A stretch of DNA of 64,000 nucleotides, from contig JAUYPI010000018.1 of NCBI GenBank assembly GCA_030697645.1, positions 10,457-74,456 of the forward strand. The letters are read 5' to 3'. The translations under genes and the position numbers were made by a program. The notes under the pieces are model-generated. The model was not told where the DNA came from. It saw only the letters and a list, made by a program, of their open reading frames with translations, and did not search any database. Source of the stretch: a bacterium (GTDB taxonomy: Bacteria; Patescibacteriota; Minisyncoccia; Phycocordibacterales; VMGT01). Below are positions 34,614-45,081 of this stretch, one piece after another. Position 1 is the stretch's first letter; every line of letters starts with the position of its first letter.

Positions 34614-35984
34614 TTATATACCGATGCCGCGATAGACGATTCCTGCCGTAAGAAATTTCTCCTTATCTAAACAATTGCGCCCATCCACGACTGCCCTGAC
34701 GCCGTGCGTCGTAAAAAAATCGGGAGATAGGTCCACGAACTGCTGGTGCGCTGTCGCAACAACGACCGCCGTTGCTCCTGAAACCGCCTCGTCGATAGTC
34801 TCGGCAGTGGATTGTTTTGGAACAAACGGATCAAAGACACGCACGGAAAGTCCGGCTCGCTCCAAACGCTCAATAATCTTATACGACGGACTCTCACGAT
34901 CGTCCTCGATATTCGGCTTATATGCGACACCCAGCACCGCGGCGGAGGCGCTGGCGAATGGTATTGAGAGATCCTTTAGCGCGCGGAGTAAGAGGTCTGC
35001 GGTATAGGCAGGCATGCGATTGTTGATCTTCCGCGCCAGGGAAAGAAAGTCATGGTGGAAACCATTCTCCTCGGCATAGCGGATCAGGTAATACGGATCA
35101 ACCGGAATGCAATGCCCGCCCACGCCGCAGCCGGGGTAATGCGCCAGAAACGAAAACGGCTTTGTCGAGGCGCCACGTATCACGTTCTCCACGTTAATCC
35201 CAAGACGCGCGAAGGAGAGCGCAAGCTCGTTTGCAAATGCGATATTCACGTCGCGAAACGAATTCTCGACGACTTTGACCGCCTCCGCTTCTCGAACGGA
35301 GTTCATCTCGAGAATCGCGGCATCAATGACCGACCGATAAAACGCGGACGCCCTCTCGAGACTCTCCGGTCCAATGCCGCCCACCACCCGCGGAATGTTC
35401 CCGACATGCCACAGGGAATCCCCCGGGTTAATCCGCTCCGGCGCATGGGCAACAAAAAAGTCACGTTCGACGGCAAGCCCGGAGTTCTTCTCGAGGAGCG
35501 GAACAACAATACTCTCTGTAACATTGGGGTTTACGGTCGACTCAAGTATGACGAGCTGCCCTGCCCGGAGGTACCGACCGACATCCCGACAGGCCGCTTT
35601 GAGCGGGCTTAAGTTCGGCGCATGATTCTTATAGACTGGCGTTGGCACGCATACCGCGATGATATCAGCGTCGGCCACGGCGAGAAAATCCGTCGAGAAT
35701 GTAAGCGACGGATTCGCGCCATTCTTCCTCTCGAGGCGGTGTGCAAGTGCGCTCACTTTTTCCTCGTCTATGTCTATGCCGGTTACAGAATACCCTCTGC
35801 GGTACGCCTGCTCCGCAAGCGGCAGGCCGACATAGCCAACGCCCACGACCGCAAGGGTCTTCCAAGCCGTACTCTGCTCCTCTCGGTTCTTCTCCGGCTC
35901 ATCAGCACCCCATTCACGCCGCTCGGTTTTTTGCGCTTCTTTATGTGTACTCATAACATAATCGCGAATAATCGCGAAAAACAA
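34614..35984 (-). CDS. nucleotide-sugar dehydrogenase (UDP-glucose / UDP-N-acetyl-mannosamine dehydrogenase family)
   Basis: N-terminal LAVVGVGYVGLPLA NAD-binding motif, catalytic Cys region (GGHCIPVDP), and C-terminal UDP-binding domain. Confidence 0.85.
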   Translation of the reverse strand: MFFAIIRDYVMSTHKEAQKTERREWGADEPEKNREEQSTAWKTLAVVGVGYVGLPLAEQAYRRGYSVTGIDIDEEKVSALAHRLERKNGANPSLTFSTDFLAVADADIIAVCVPTPVYKNHAPNLSPLKAACRDVGRYLRAGQLVILESTVNPNVTESIVVPLLEKNSGLAVERDFFVAHAPERINPGDSLWHVGNIPRVVGGIGPESLERASAFYRSVIDAAILEMNSVREAEAVKVVENSFRDVNIAFANELALSFARLGINVENVIRGASTKPFSFLAHYPGCGVGGHCIPVDPYYLIRYAEENGFHHDFLSLARKINNRMPAYTADLLLRALKDLSIPFASASAAVLGVAYKPNIEDDRESPSYKIIERLERAGLSVRVFDPFVPKQSTAETIDEAVSGATAVVVATAHQQFVDLSPDFFTTHGVRAVVDGRNCLDKEKFLTAGIVYRGIGI

Positions 35985-36236
35985 ACAAACTAATAATTAA
36001 AAGACCAACGATTCAACGATTCTGAATACACTGTATCGCAGAGTCGGTGAACGAAGCATGAACGTACGCATCAGACATCCTGCGCTTTGAGATACGCGAT
36101 ATGCCTAAAGATATGTCAACTGATTTAAAAATCCCGACGCCGTGGGCCGGTTTCCATTCATGAAAAATTTTATGAACAGACACGCACAAAAATGCTTTGA
36201 AATAAAAATGAATTCCAATACACTTCTCTGCATCCT

Positions 36237-37853
36237 ATGCATACAAACCCGAATAAAAAAAATAACGGTCGCGCGCTTTCAAATATGCTCCTGGCGACGA
36301 TTCTCTTTTCGCTCGGGCTCTTTGGTATAATGACCCTCGGCACTCGCGGGAGAGTACGCGCCGCGCCGAGTGAGCCGTTTCGGTACACATTTTCAACAGA
36401 CGGAAACCTGCGAGAATCCGCAACAAAAGAAGGGAGTTCGAGCCCGTACTGGTGGCTCGCATCGGGCGGCTATCTCGGCATACAAGGAGGTGTCGGGAAG
36501 AGCGTGCATGGCGCGCTCGACGTCGCTGATCCCGTCCGCGTACTTACTGCAAAGAAAAATGCATACGCGACCGACAACGGCTTTCATCCCCAAAATGTAT
36601 TCCGGCTGCTTACAAAAAATACGTCATGGGACAATGTCCATGTTGACGCCCTCGTTACTCTCGATAGCACCAATCTGTTCAACCCCGACAACGCTCACCC
36701 GTGGAACGGCGCGCACCTTATTGCCCGCTACACTGACGAAAATAATTACTACGCCGCGGGAATTCGTTTTGACGGCACTGCGGCCATAAAGAAAAAATCG
36801 GGCGGTATCTATACCACACTCGCCCAAGCGCCGGTATTTAGTGGTTTGTATGACCCGCTCAAATCCCACAATCTCCTGCCACACCACGAACCCATTCGCC
36901 TCCGCATGAGCGTCTTAAATGAACCGGGTGGAAATGTTCGCATCGCCCTCGAAAAAAACCCGACGAGCTCGGGGGTATGGACGTCGCTTGTCGAGACACT
37001 CGATACCGGAGCGCTCGGTGGCGCAATCCTCCCCGCAAGCGGCAGCGTCGGTCTATTCTCAGACTTCCTCGACATCACACTTGACGATATCGTCATTGAA
37101 AGCATCCCTGCGGAACCCGCCGTCCCGTATTATGGCCTCTCTCCGGAACGGCTCGTTCAAGAAGAGGGCTCTATGGCGGAGACCAGCGATGCGGCATGGT
37201 GGGTAAGCTCCGGCGGCTACTTCTCCATTCTCGGAGAAACCGGAGCTACGGTGCGCGGAGAGCTTGCAGATAACGACTACTGGCGGAAAGTATATGCTCT
37301 GGACAATCCGATAGACACCGACGATGGGTACCGGCCGCAGAATGTCTTCCGGCTTGTTACCAAAAAGCAAGCAAAAAACGTGAGCCAGCAGGCGTACTTT
37401 ACGATCGAACGATATAATACGAGCGAGAGCCCGAACCGCCAAGCTCATAATGGTATCCTTTTCTTCAGCCGCTACGTTGACGCAAATAATCTCTACTATA
37501 CCGGCATTCGGGTTGACGGGTATGTTGTTATTAAGAAAAAAATAAAAGGAACGTACTACACGCTCGCGACGAAAAAAATCTTTGACGGAACATATAATCG
37601 TACGACGAGCCCCATCCTCCTCCCCACTCTTGTCTGGATCGGCGTGCGCTCTGTAGTGGCGACGATGCCAGACGGCACCATTCTGATCTCGGTCGATGTG
37701 GATAAAAACAACAGCGGCTCTTGGGAGCGTGTTCTCAGCGCTCTTGACGATGGAACCAGCTTCGGGCCAACAATCGACCAGACAGGATACGCGGGTATGC
37801 GCACCGACTTTATGGATGTCGTGTTCAAAAAATACGCATTCGACTCACTCTAG
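36237..37853 (+). CDS. secreted protein with two tandem ~250-aa homologous repeats, function unknown
   Basis: N-terminal signal/TM (LLATILFSLGLFGIMTLG). Two halves share YWW/AWW-SGGY, PQNVFRL(L/V)TK, NNYY(A/T)GIR(F/V)DG and IKKK...YTLA motifs. A terminator hairpin lies at 37872-37910. Confidence 0.65.
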   Translation: MHTNPNKKNNGRALSNMLLATILFSLGLFGIMTLGTRGRVRAAPSEPFRYTFSTDGNLRESATKEGSSSPYWWLASGGYLGIQGGVGKSVHGALDVADPVRVLTAKKNAYATDNGFHPQNVFRLLTKNTSWDNVHVDALVTLDSTNLFNPDNAHPWNGAHLIARYTDENNYYAAGIRFDGTAAIKKKSGGIYTTLAQAPVFSGLYDPLKSHNLLPHHEPIRLRMSVLNEPGGNVRIALEKNPTSSGVWTSLVETLDTGALGGAILPASGSVGLFSDFLDITLDDIVIESIPAEPAVPYYGLSPERLVQEEGSMAETSDAAWWVSSGGYFSILGETGATVRGELADNDYWRKVYALDNPIDTDDGYRPQNVFRLVTKKQAKNVSQQAYFTIERYNTSESPNRQAHNGILFFSRYVDANNLYYTGIRVDGYVVIKKKIKGTYYTLATKKIFDGTYNRTTSPILLPTLVWIGVRSVVATMPDGTILISVDVDKNNSGSWERVLSALDDGTSFGPTIDQTGYAGMRTDFMDVVFKKYAFDSL

Positions 37854-38089
37854 CCATGCCAGTGAGACCGAAAGACAAACACCCCCGCCTATAGCGGGGG
37901 TGTTTGTCTTTCATGCTATACGCAAAAGAACTAAACAGAACTTTCAAGAATTCTCTCAACACTTTCACCACCGATGCAACCCATACAATGCAGACGACTC
38001 CTTCGCATTCACGCCTTCATATCAATCCTCTTCCGTCGTTCTGTTTTTTAGAATACCACAACAATCGTGAACAATTCGTGAACATGTAT

Positions 38090-39250
38090 CTATTTACGTA
38101 AAAAGTCGATCGATATCTCGTCTTGATAGTGCGCAGCAGGGGCTGTATCGTGTGCGCGCGGATCATAATTGCCACACGGGAGCAGCACATACACGATCGT
38201 GCCTTTTCCCTGACTGCTTTTTATGCTGATGCGGCCATTATGGAGACGAATCAACTCGCTCACTATCGCAAGCCCGAGTCCGCTCCCGCCTTGTTTTCTG
38301 CCGCGCGATGGATCGCCTCGATAAAAAGGTTCGAAAATATGAAACAGGTCCTTTTTTGCGATGCCCCTGCCGGTGTCCGCGACGACCAGTTCAATATGAC
38401 CCTTATAATCGGGCCGAATCGTGAGGGTAATAACGCCGCCCTCTGGCGTATGCGTGACGGCGTTTTTCAGAAGATTCATCACCACCTGTTCCATCGCCAC
38501 CGCGTTCGCCCATATACTGCAAAAATCGCTTCGTTTGATAACGATGTCGATGTTTTGGCTGCGAATCATCTGGGTCAATTTGTTAATCGTACGATCCACT
38601 ATCACCCCCAGGTCGATGTCCACGAACTCGATACGTCCGGGCCGAAGGAGCCGGTTGAACGTGAGCAGGTTGTTAATGATTTCAGAGATGCGGTCGAGCT
38701 CTTCTATATTGCTTTGCAGCTGTTTTGTCGTTTCTGCATCGAATTTTTCTCCCTCAAGCAGGAGGACTTCGGTATTTGCCTTCACTATGGCAAGCGGCGT
38801 GCGTAATTCGTGGGCGATATCGGAAATAAATCGTTTTTGTGCCTCAATCGTTTTACGAGTCGGTATCAGTATGAGACGCGTCAGGAAGTATCCGAACACG
38901 GCGGTAAGCGAGAGCATCACCGCATAAAAAATGAGGTAGTTATGGCCGTATATCTTACGAAGGGATTCGTCGATGGATATTTTCGGCGGTGTGCCGGTTT
39001 TTATAAGCGACGAGAGGCCGGTGGTTATGGTTTCCGTTATCCGCGCGTTGAACCTATATAACATCGCCGTGAAGACGATCACCATGGTGATGGTAAACAC
39101 TACCATCAACACGACCACCATGATGGTCGTGTTGGCGAATGTGCCTCGCGGGATTTTATTCCTTAAAACGGTAGCCAGTTCCCCTGACCGTTTCAATAAT
39201 TTCCGCAGTGTCTCCTTTGTTCGCAAGCTTCTTGCGGAGTTTTTTAACAT
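38090..39250 (-). CDS. sensor histidine kinase (two-component system). The ORF start overlaps the upstream response-regulator gene by ~95 nt, and the true start may be the internal Met near 39121
   Basis: Two N-terminal TMs, H-box ISDIAHELRTPL, N, G1 (DTGRGI) and G2 (GGSGLGLAIV) boxes. Confidence 0.85.
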   Translation of the reverse strand: MLKNSARSLRTKETLRKLLKRSGELATVLRNKIPRGTFANTTIMVVVLMVVFTITMVIVFTAMLYRFNARITETITTGLSSLIKTGTPPKISIDESLRKIYGHNYLIFYAVMLSLTAVFGYFLTRLILIPTRKTIEAQKRFISDIAHELRTPLAIVKANTEVLLLEGEKFDAETTKQLQSNIEELDRISEIINNLLTFNRLLRPGRIEFVDIDLGVIVDRTINKLTQMIRSQNIDIVIKRSDFCSIWANAVAMEQVVMNLLKNAVTHTPEGGVITLTIRPDYKGHIELVVADTGRGIAKKDLFHIFEPFYRGDPSRGRKQGGSGLGLAIVSELIRLHNGRISIKSSQGKGTIVYVLLPCGNYDPRAHDTAPAAHYQDEISIDFLRK

Positions 39251-39833
39251 ACACGTCGACTACATTGCTAAAGCCATCGAAATAAAAATCCCAGACGTTC
39301 GTTATGATCTCTTCCCGATTCAGCGCTCGGCCGGGATTGCGCATCAGGTATTCAAGCAGCGCAAACTCCCGAAGCGTCAGAGCGAGCAGCACGTCCTCTT
39401 TTTTTGCAACCCGTGCCGCGGGGTCGAGCTCGATACCGTGTGCGCTTAATTTAGTCGGCAGCGTTTTCTGCGGCCGCCGCATAAGCGCCTGAATACGCGC
39501 ACAGAGCTCGGCGAATGAAAACGGTTTCAGGACATAGTCATCTGCACCTGCGTTCAGAGCTTCAACCTTCTTGTCAATCTCGTGGCGGGCGGTGAGCACC
39601 AAAAACGGCATCAACACTCCCGCCTCTCTCGCCTCGCGACATATGGCTATACCGTCAAGCGAGGGGAGCATCAAGTCAACTATCGCCAGGTCATACTCAT
39701 TGCGGTAGAGCAAGATACGACGGAGGGCTTTATGTCCGTCATCTAATATATCTACCGCATAGCCCATCTTCGTAAGTCCTTTTTCGAGGCTCTGGGCGAG
39801 CTTCTCTTCGTCTTCAATGAGTAGTATTCGCAT
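39156..39833 (-). CDS. OmpR/PhoB-family response regulator
   Basis: Receiver domain (MRILLIEDE, DLAIVDLMLP) and a winged-helix C-terminus (LTLREFALLEYLM...GTGYRF). Confidence 0.9.
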   Translation of the reverse strand: MRILLIEDEEKLAQSLEKGLTKMGYAVDILDDGHKALRRILLYRNEYDLAIVDLMLPSLDGIAICREAREAGVLMPFLVLTARHEIDKKVEALNAGADDYVLKPFSFAELCARIQALMRRPQKTLPTKLSAHGIELDPAARVAKKEDVLLALTLREFALLEYLMRNPGRALNREEIITNVWDFYFDGFSNVVDVYVKKLRKKLANKGDTAEIIETVRGTGYRFKE

Positions 39834-39984
39834 ACGAGAATATATACTGGTTAAAGCGAGTAGGTAGGTATTCTGCGCTGCTCACGCGTCGTCTCAGAAA
39901 TCGTCTCTACAGTTCAGTATACTACTCGTACATGAATTTTTCATGAACGGGCGTCCACCGATGCGAGAGACGGGTTTTCGAGCG

Positions 39985-41616
39985 CTATTCGTCGATCGGC
40001 GTCGCACGAGGGGTTGTCGCTCTAATTGGGGTTACCGAGACGGAATCAACCACAAGCTCGCTTTTGTCTACCTCAGGGTCCCAGATCTTTATACCGATGC
40101 CACCTTGAGACAGCTCGGGCTCGAGAAATTCGCTTGCCACGAGCACCTCGTCGTTCATGCTACAGGAGACGACTCTGCCTTCCACACGAATACCGACGCT
40201 AAAGGTGCCCTCCGGGATCAAAAACGAAGGACGCCGCTCGCCCTTTATGACACGCCGCTCCCCCTCAAGCGTCTCTTCGACGTGCGCAAACCCATTGCCG
40301 AAATTGCAAGCGGCATTGTTGTCTTTGTCCTTAAAACGCGCCCAGAGGAGCACTCCGGTGCGGGGCTCTGATGCGACGAGTGCCCTGAATTCATAATCAC
40401 CCCAATGACCGGTTCCATCAAGCAAAGCGGCGCTGCCGGTTTCCCCGGGGGAATTCACCATTTTCAATACTCCGTTTTCGAGGGCGTGCTCACCCCACAT
40501 CGAGAACCAGTCAAGAGTATTCGTTTCGAATATATCGCGATACGGCAAGTCTTTTCCGTACCCGCTCTCGAGTACCGCGAGCAGGTCTTTTCCGTCCCAG
40601 AGAGAAGATACCTCGATGCGCTTTACCATAAACGACTCATGGTGCGGATCAGGATAATTCTGCGAGAGCCCTTCGCCCCTAAAAGTCTGGTAGAACACGG
40701 TATCATAGACAGCGTGCGCTCTGTCGCGTAAAACGACTGACGGTTCAAGGCCTGAATCCAACTGCCCGAAATCTCCAAAGGGGAATGCAAACGTGTGCAC
40801 CGGCAGGCCATAAACTGCCTCAAGTCTCTCCCGCGAGACTCTGAGATCCTCGCCGATGCGCGCGCGGTACTCCTCGAGAGTCTCCGTGCGGTCCTCCTCG
40901 GCGAGCCAGAGCGGGTGCGCGAGGTACGAGCCGGTATTCCCCTCTCTGTCTATAGCGACTGAGGCGTCGTGTCCGTCCTGGCCATGAGAGCCGATCTCCC
41001 ACCTGCCGCTCGCGAGCATCGAGGCAATTTCGCCTTCTGAGAGATAATAACTGCTGCCTTCTCTGGTTGAATACTTGGGAAGTATGAAGTTGACCGCTCT
41101 AAACCCGAGAATCTGGAGCACAGGATCGACGGGGTAAAAGCTCTCTTTTGGACCGTCGTCGAAGGTGAGGAGAAATGAGCGCGCCGGAAGTCGCTTGGTG
41201 CCGTCAAGGAAGGCCGCTGCGTCTCTAAGCGTCACCGTGTGCCACCCGGCACGCTTCAGTATAAACATCTGCTCCGCAAACAGCGCTCGCGTCACCTTGT
41301 GCCCGTTTGGCTCACGTGTCAGGGCGTGGTATATCAGGACCGGAAGAGCCTCGGTGGGCGGGGATTCATGTCTGTAGCGCACCGCGCTGATACCGGCAAT
41401 GGCAGCCGCGAGCGACGTACCCCCGCCGAGCGCCCACCGGCTCGAGTAGTTCGCCAGGAAAACATACCGCTCACCGATGCGCTTGAGCGCGTAGGTAAAC
41501 GGCATACTGCCAAACCGGGCTTCTTTAACCGCGAGGGTACCCGCGACACACCCCATCAGCATGATTATGATGGCGGCGAGCACACATATTTTTCTTAAAG
41601 AGATGTCGGCGTGCAT
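39985..41616 (-). CDS. polysaccharide deacetylase (NodB homology domain; PgaB/IcaB-like) with a large C-terminal extension
   Basis: N-terminal TM, NodB motif LTFDDG and downstream His motifs. It is adjacent to a processive GT2 gene. Confidence 0.7.
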   Translation of the reverse strand: MHADISLRKICVLAAIIIMLMGCVAGTLAVKEARFGSMPFTYALKRIGERYVFLANYSSRWALGGGTSLAAAIAGISAVRYRHESPPTEALPVLIYHALTREPNGHKVTRALFAEQMFILKRAGWHTVTLRDAAAFLDGTKRLPARSFLLTFDDGPKESFYPVDPVLQILGFRAVNFILPKYSTREGSSYYLSEGEIASMLASGRWEIGSHGQDGHDASVAIDREGNTGSYLAHPLWLAEEDRTETLEEYRARIGEDLRVSRERLEAVYGLPVHTFAFPFGDFGQLDSGLEPSVVLRDRAHAVYDTVFYQTFRGEGLSQNYPDPHHESFMVKRIEVSSLWDGKDLLAVLESGYGKDLPYRDIFETNTLDWFSMWGEHALENGVLKMVNSPGETGSAALLDGTGHWGDYEFRALVASEPRTGVLLWARFKDKDNNAACNFGNGFAHVEETLEGERRVIKGERRPSFLIPEGTFSVGIRVEGRVVSCSMNDEVLVASEFLEPELSQGGIGIKIWDPEVDKSELVVDSVSVTPIRATTPRATPIDE

Positions 41617-41672
41617 GAAGATAAAGAACGTGAATTACGAAACTGCCCTTTCGTCATTAGAAAAAAGGGGAT

Positions 41673-43073
41673 TTACCGCGTTCCCCACCGGGAGTCATTC
41701 AGGGTGAAGATGGCCCACGGCAGCTGCCATATCAGCACGACCGTATTGATCCAAAAATATAAAACCGCCATAATCCATGCCCGCGGCCCTGCTTTCAGCC
41801 GATAATACGCGCCGTGGAGAAGCAACATGCAAAAAAGACCGAACAGGTAGGCGATCGGCAGTGCCCTCGTCGAGAGCGGCAGCCAGAGAACCGCTCGAAA
41901 GAAGACAATCGGCGAGACAAAAGCAAGAAAGACGTAACAGTAGAACGAGAGCGCGGCAATCGGATTTTTTCTCCACACGAACGAGCTGGCGATGAACGTT
42001 TCCCGCACCCATGATTTTTTCCAGCGCTGCTGCTGCCGCAGGTACTTCTTAAACGTATCGGGAACAACGGTGTGCGCCTTTGCCTCCGGAGAATAAACGG
42101 CTTTCCAACGCCGAATCACGAAGTTGGTCAGACTGCGGTCATCGCCAAACGTGCACTCGGTGCCTAAAAATTTTTGGTGCAGCCATTCCTCAATCACCGG
42201 CATGATATAGGCCCTCCGGTATGCGCTGCAGCAGCCGGGGCAACAGGTAACCATCCCGAAGACTGATTCCGCGGCCTTGTATACCGCGAAAGAAATATAA
42301 TAACGGACGGACTGCATTTGCGTCAGGAGATTCGTCTCCCGATTATAGACATCCGTGTGCCCCGACACGGCTCCCACAGCGCGATTCGAAAAATATTTCA
42401 CGAGGTGTTTGACGCAGTCCGGTTCAATGAAGCTGTCGGAGTCGATAAAGATGACGATCTCATTCAACGCGCGTTTGACGCCTTCGGCCATCCCGTGCCG
42501 TTTGCCACGATTTTTTTTCCAATCAATAACCTCAACGCGCTTGATGAACGGCTCGATCAGGCGCTCGACTTCGAGCATTTTTTCGAGCGTCCCGTCCGTC
42601 GAGCCGTCATTGATCGCGATCACTTCGATCTTCTCGTGCGGATAATTCACCTCCGCAAACCGCCATATCGTCTGCGCAATATTGTCTTCTTCGTTCTTTG
42701 CAGGTACGACAAAAGTAACGGACGGTTCATAATTCTTGTCGTACGGCAGAGAACGCTGAAAGTATGCAAGCAAAAACCGAGAGAGAATATAGACGGTGAT
42801 AAGGATGCTATAGGTCCCAAAAAGTATATTGTCGGTAATCGAAGACGCGGTCAGGGCCTTGAGCAGCAAGATGACATATATGGTAAAAAAGAAAAGAAAC
42901 CAAGCGCCGAGGTCGCCAAAAACCCCCCGGACAGAGCCAGGATAGCGAAATACATGCCGCTGCTGTGGGAGGGCGTTTCGAGGCATGTGCCTCACCCTAG
43001 CAACAGGAGCATTAAAAAAAGATGAATGAATCTTCCCCCAGGAAATGTAAGATTTCATGGGGCACGCCGACAA
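41673..43073 (-). CDS. processive family-2 glycosyltransferase (PgaC / IcaA / cellulose-synthase-like polysaccharide synthase)
   Basis: GT-A domain with DGSTD and DSD motifs, a QQQRW (QxxRW) motif, and multiple TM helices on both sides. Confidence 0.8.
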   Translation of the reverse strand: MSACPMKSYISWGKIHSSFFNAPVARVRHMPRNALPQQRHVFRYPGSVRGVFGDLGAWFLFFFTIYVILLLKALTASSITDNILFGTYSILITVYILSRFLLAYFQRSLPYDKNYEPSVTFVVPAKNEEDNIAQTIWRFAEVNYPHEKIEVIAINDGSTDGTLEKMLEVERLIEPFIKRVEVIDWKKNRGKRHGMAEGVKRALNEIVIFIDSDSFIEPDCVKHLVKYFSNRAVGAVSGHTDVYNRETNLLTQMQSVRYYISFAVYKAAESVFGMVTCCPGCCSAYRRAYIMPVIEEWLHQKFLGTECTFGDDRSLTNFVIRRWKAVYSPEAKAHTVVPDTFKKYLRQQQRWKKSWVRETFIASSFVWRKNPIAALSFYCYVFLAFVSPIVFFRAVLWLPLSTRALPIAYLFGLFCMLLLHGAYYRLKAGPRAWIMAVLYFWINTVVLIWQLPWAIFTLNDSRWGTR

Positions 43074-43078
43074 CTAGT

Positions 43079-43588
43079 ATGAATCAGGATATCGAGGAAC
43101 AATTTTTGAAAGCACACGACGCATACGCCGATGCGCTCTTTCGCCATTGCTATTTCCGCGTCTACGACCGGGAGCTCGCGAAGGATTTGACCCAGGAGAC
43201 ATTCTGCAGAACGTGGACGTATCTTGCCGAAGGCAAAGAGATCGGCAACATCCGCGCCTTTCTCTACCGCGTCCTCCACCACGTCATTGTCGATGAAATA
43301 AGACGGAAAAAGTCGATCTCGCTCGATCGGCTTATAGAAAAGGGATTCTCGCCGCAGGACGAATCCTTTTTAGAGGGCGAGGATCAGCGCCGTGTCGTCA
43401 CCGAGCTTCTGCAGAAATTAAGCCGCCTTGATGAACCGTATCGAGATGCGGTCCGCATGCGATTTGTTGACGAGCTGTCTCCCAAAGAAATAGCCTCGAT
43501 TCTCGGCGTATCGGAAAACGTCGTATCGGTACGTATACACCGGGGGACGAAAAAACTGCGGCACTTACTACACGCAGAACAAGCATGA
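43079..43588 (+). CDS. ECF-type RNA polymerase sigma-70 factor
   Basis: Region 2 (FRHCYFRVYDRELAKDLTQETF) and region 4 HTH (LSPKEIASILGVSENVVSVRIHRGTKKLR). Its stop overlaps the start of the following gene (ATGA). Confidence 0.85.
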   Translation: MNQDIEEQFLKAHDAYADALFRHCYFRVYDRELAKDLTQETFCRTWTYLAEGKEIGNIRAFLYRVLHHVIVDEIRRKKSISLDRLIEKGFSPQDESFLEGEDQRRVVTELLQKLSRLDEPYRDAVRMRFVDELSPKEIASILGVSENVVSVRIHRGTKKLRHLLHAEQA

Positions 43589-44838
43589 TCCTTTCCTATC
43601 TCACTCGTATGGACAACGATCTACAAAACATTTTTAATACAGCACAGCACGTACGCCTCTCATCTGTGGAAAAAGCAGAGATGCGGGCGGGCTTGGTGTT
43701 GTTCACGGAAAAACACCCGGTAAGAAACATCGCGGTCGCCCGACAACTCATGAGAGAAAGGTCGAAACCCGATATTCTCGCGTTTGCGGAAATGTCGGCA
43801 TTACAATCATTGCTAAGCAGATTACAACCTATGTTTATAGCTTTACTTATTGCACTCCTCGTAGGAGGAGGCACGTCGTTTGCGGCGGGGAGCGCCCTTC
43901 CCGGCGATGTCTTGTACCCGGTCAAGATCGGCGTCAATGAAGAGGTCGGCAGTTTCCTCGCGTTTTCCGACGAAGCGCAAGCCCGCTTCGATGCGAGAAG
44001 GGCGGAGAATAGGCTCGAGGAGGCGGAAAAGCTCGCCGCCAAAGGACGATTAGATGCCGAGGCAAGTGCTCAAATAGAATCTCGCTTCGAGAGTCACACC
44101 AAAGCATTCGAAGAGGGTGTCGCGGCGGTAGCGGCAAAGAAAAATAGTCCATCATCGTTTGAAATGCATTCAAACTTTGAAGCGTCGCTCGGTGCTCACG
44201 AACAAGTTCTGGCTCGGCTCGCCCTCGAGCGCTCAGAGGCTCGTCTCGTGCTGGAACCTCTCTTGATTAGCGTACGTACGCGGCTCGAAGCAACAGAGAG
44301 AGCGAGGGTCAGCGCCGAGACGGATGTCAGAGCACAAGCGAACGGCGAGTTCAAAACCGCGGCAGAAGGTAAGATGCGCGCTGCAGAAAACAAAATCCGC
44401 GAAGTTCGCAGCTTTCTCGAGAGAAAGAAAGCGTCCATCAGCGCAGGCGCATACGCAGCGGCCGAAGCACGGCTCGGTGTTGCAGCAGACGTCATTGCCC
44501 GAGGAAAAGCAGAAATGGAGGCCGAAACATACGGCAGTGCATTTGCGAGCTTGCAGGAGGCAATCCGTATTGCCCAGGAGGTACAGGTGCTCACGGCAGT
44601 GGAAGATCGCATCGACATTGAAATCGAGGTGCCGGGGATCGATCTAAAAATAAAAACCGGCGACGCCTTAGAGGATGAGGCACGAGTGGAAGGAGCGGGA
44701 GAAGCCGAAGAGGGTGCCACACAAGGAACATCGTCAAGGGCTTTCATTGAGCTGGAATCGGAAACAAAACTGGAATCGGAAACTGATTCTAAAAAAATTG
44801 AAGGAGAAGGTAAGATAAAAATCGATGTTGGGTTGTAA
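43585..44838 (+). CDS. putative anti-sigma factor (DUF5667-like): single TM and an extracytoplasmic coiled-coil domain
   Basis: Translationally coupled to the ECF sigma gene. One TM segment (FIALLIALLVGGG) followed by the PGDVLYPVK motif typical of DUF5667 partners of ECF sigmas. Ala/Glu/Arg-rich. Confidence 0.55.
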   Translation: MILSYLTRMDNDLQNIFNTAQHVRLSSVEKAEMRAGLVLFTEKHPVRNIAVARQLMRERSKPDILAFAEMSALQSLLSRLQPMFIALLIALLVGGGTSFAAGSALPGDVLYPVKIGVNEEVGSFLAFSDEAQARFDARRAENRLEEAEKLAAKGRLDAEASAQIESRFESHTKAFEEGVAAVAAKKNSPSSFEMHSNFEASLGAHEQVLARLALERSEARLVLEPLLISVRTRLEATERARVSAETDVRAQANGEFKTAAEGKMRAAENKIREVRSFLERKKASISAGAYAAAEARLGVAADVIARGKAEMEAETYGSAFASLQEAIRIAQEVQVLTAVEDRIDIEIEVPGIDLKIKTGDALEDEARVEGAGEAEEGATQGTSSRAFIELESETKLESETDSKKIEGEGKIKIDVGL

Positions 44839-45081
44839 CCATCTCCGCTGTTGCGCTACCTTGCTGCACCACGAAGCTATGCGTTGGATTTCCAAAGAGC
44901 TCGAAGCGAAACATTCCCCCATCTCCACCACCAAGCGCACACCGCACATCACGAACCGCGCAGCAAGCTGCGCGGTTCGTGATGTGCGGACGGTTCCGAG
45001 AAACTTTTCGTCCGCACTCTTTGTTTTCTTAAATGTCGCGACACAAAAACAGTTCTCCTATACTGCATGGAGGTTTGAGAG

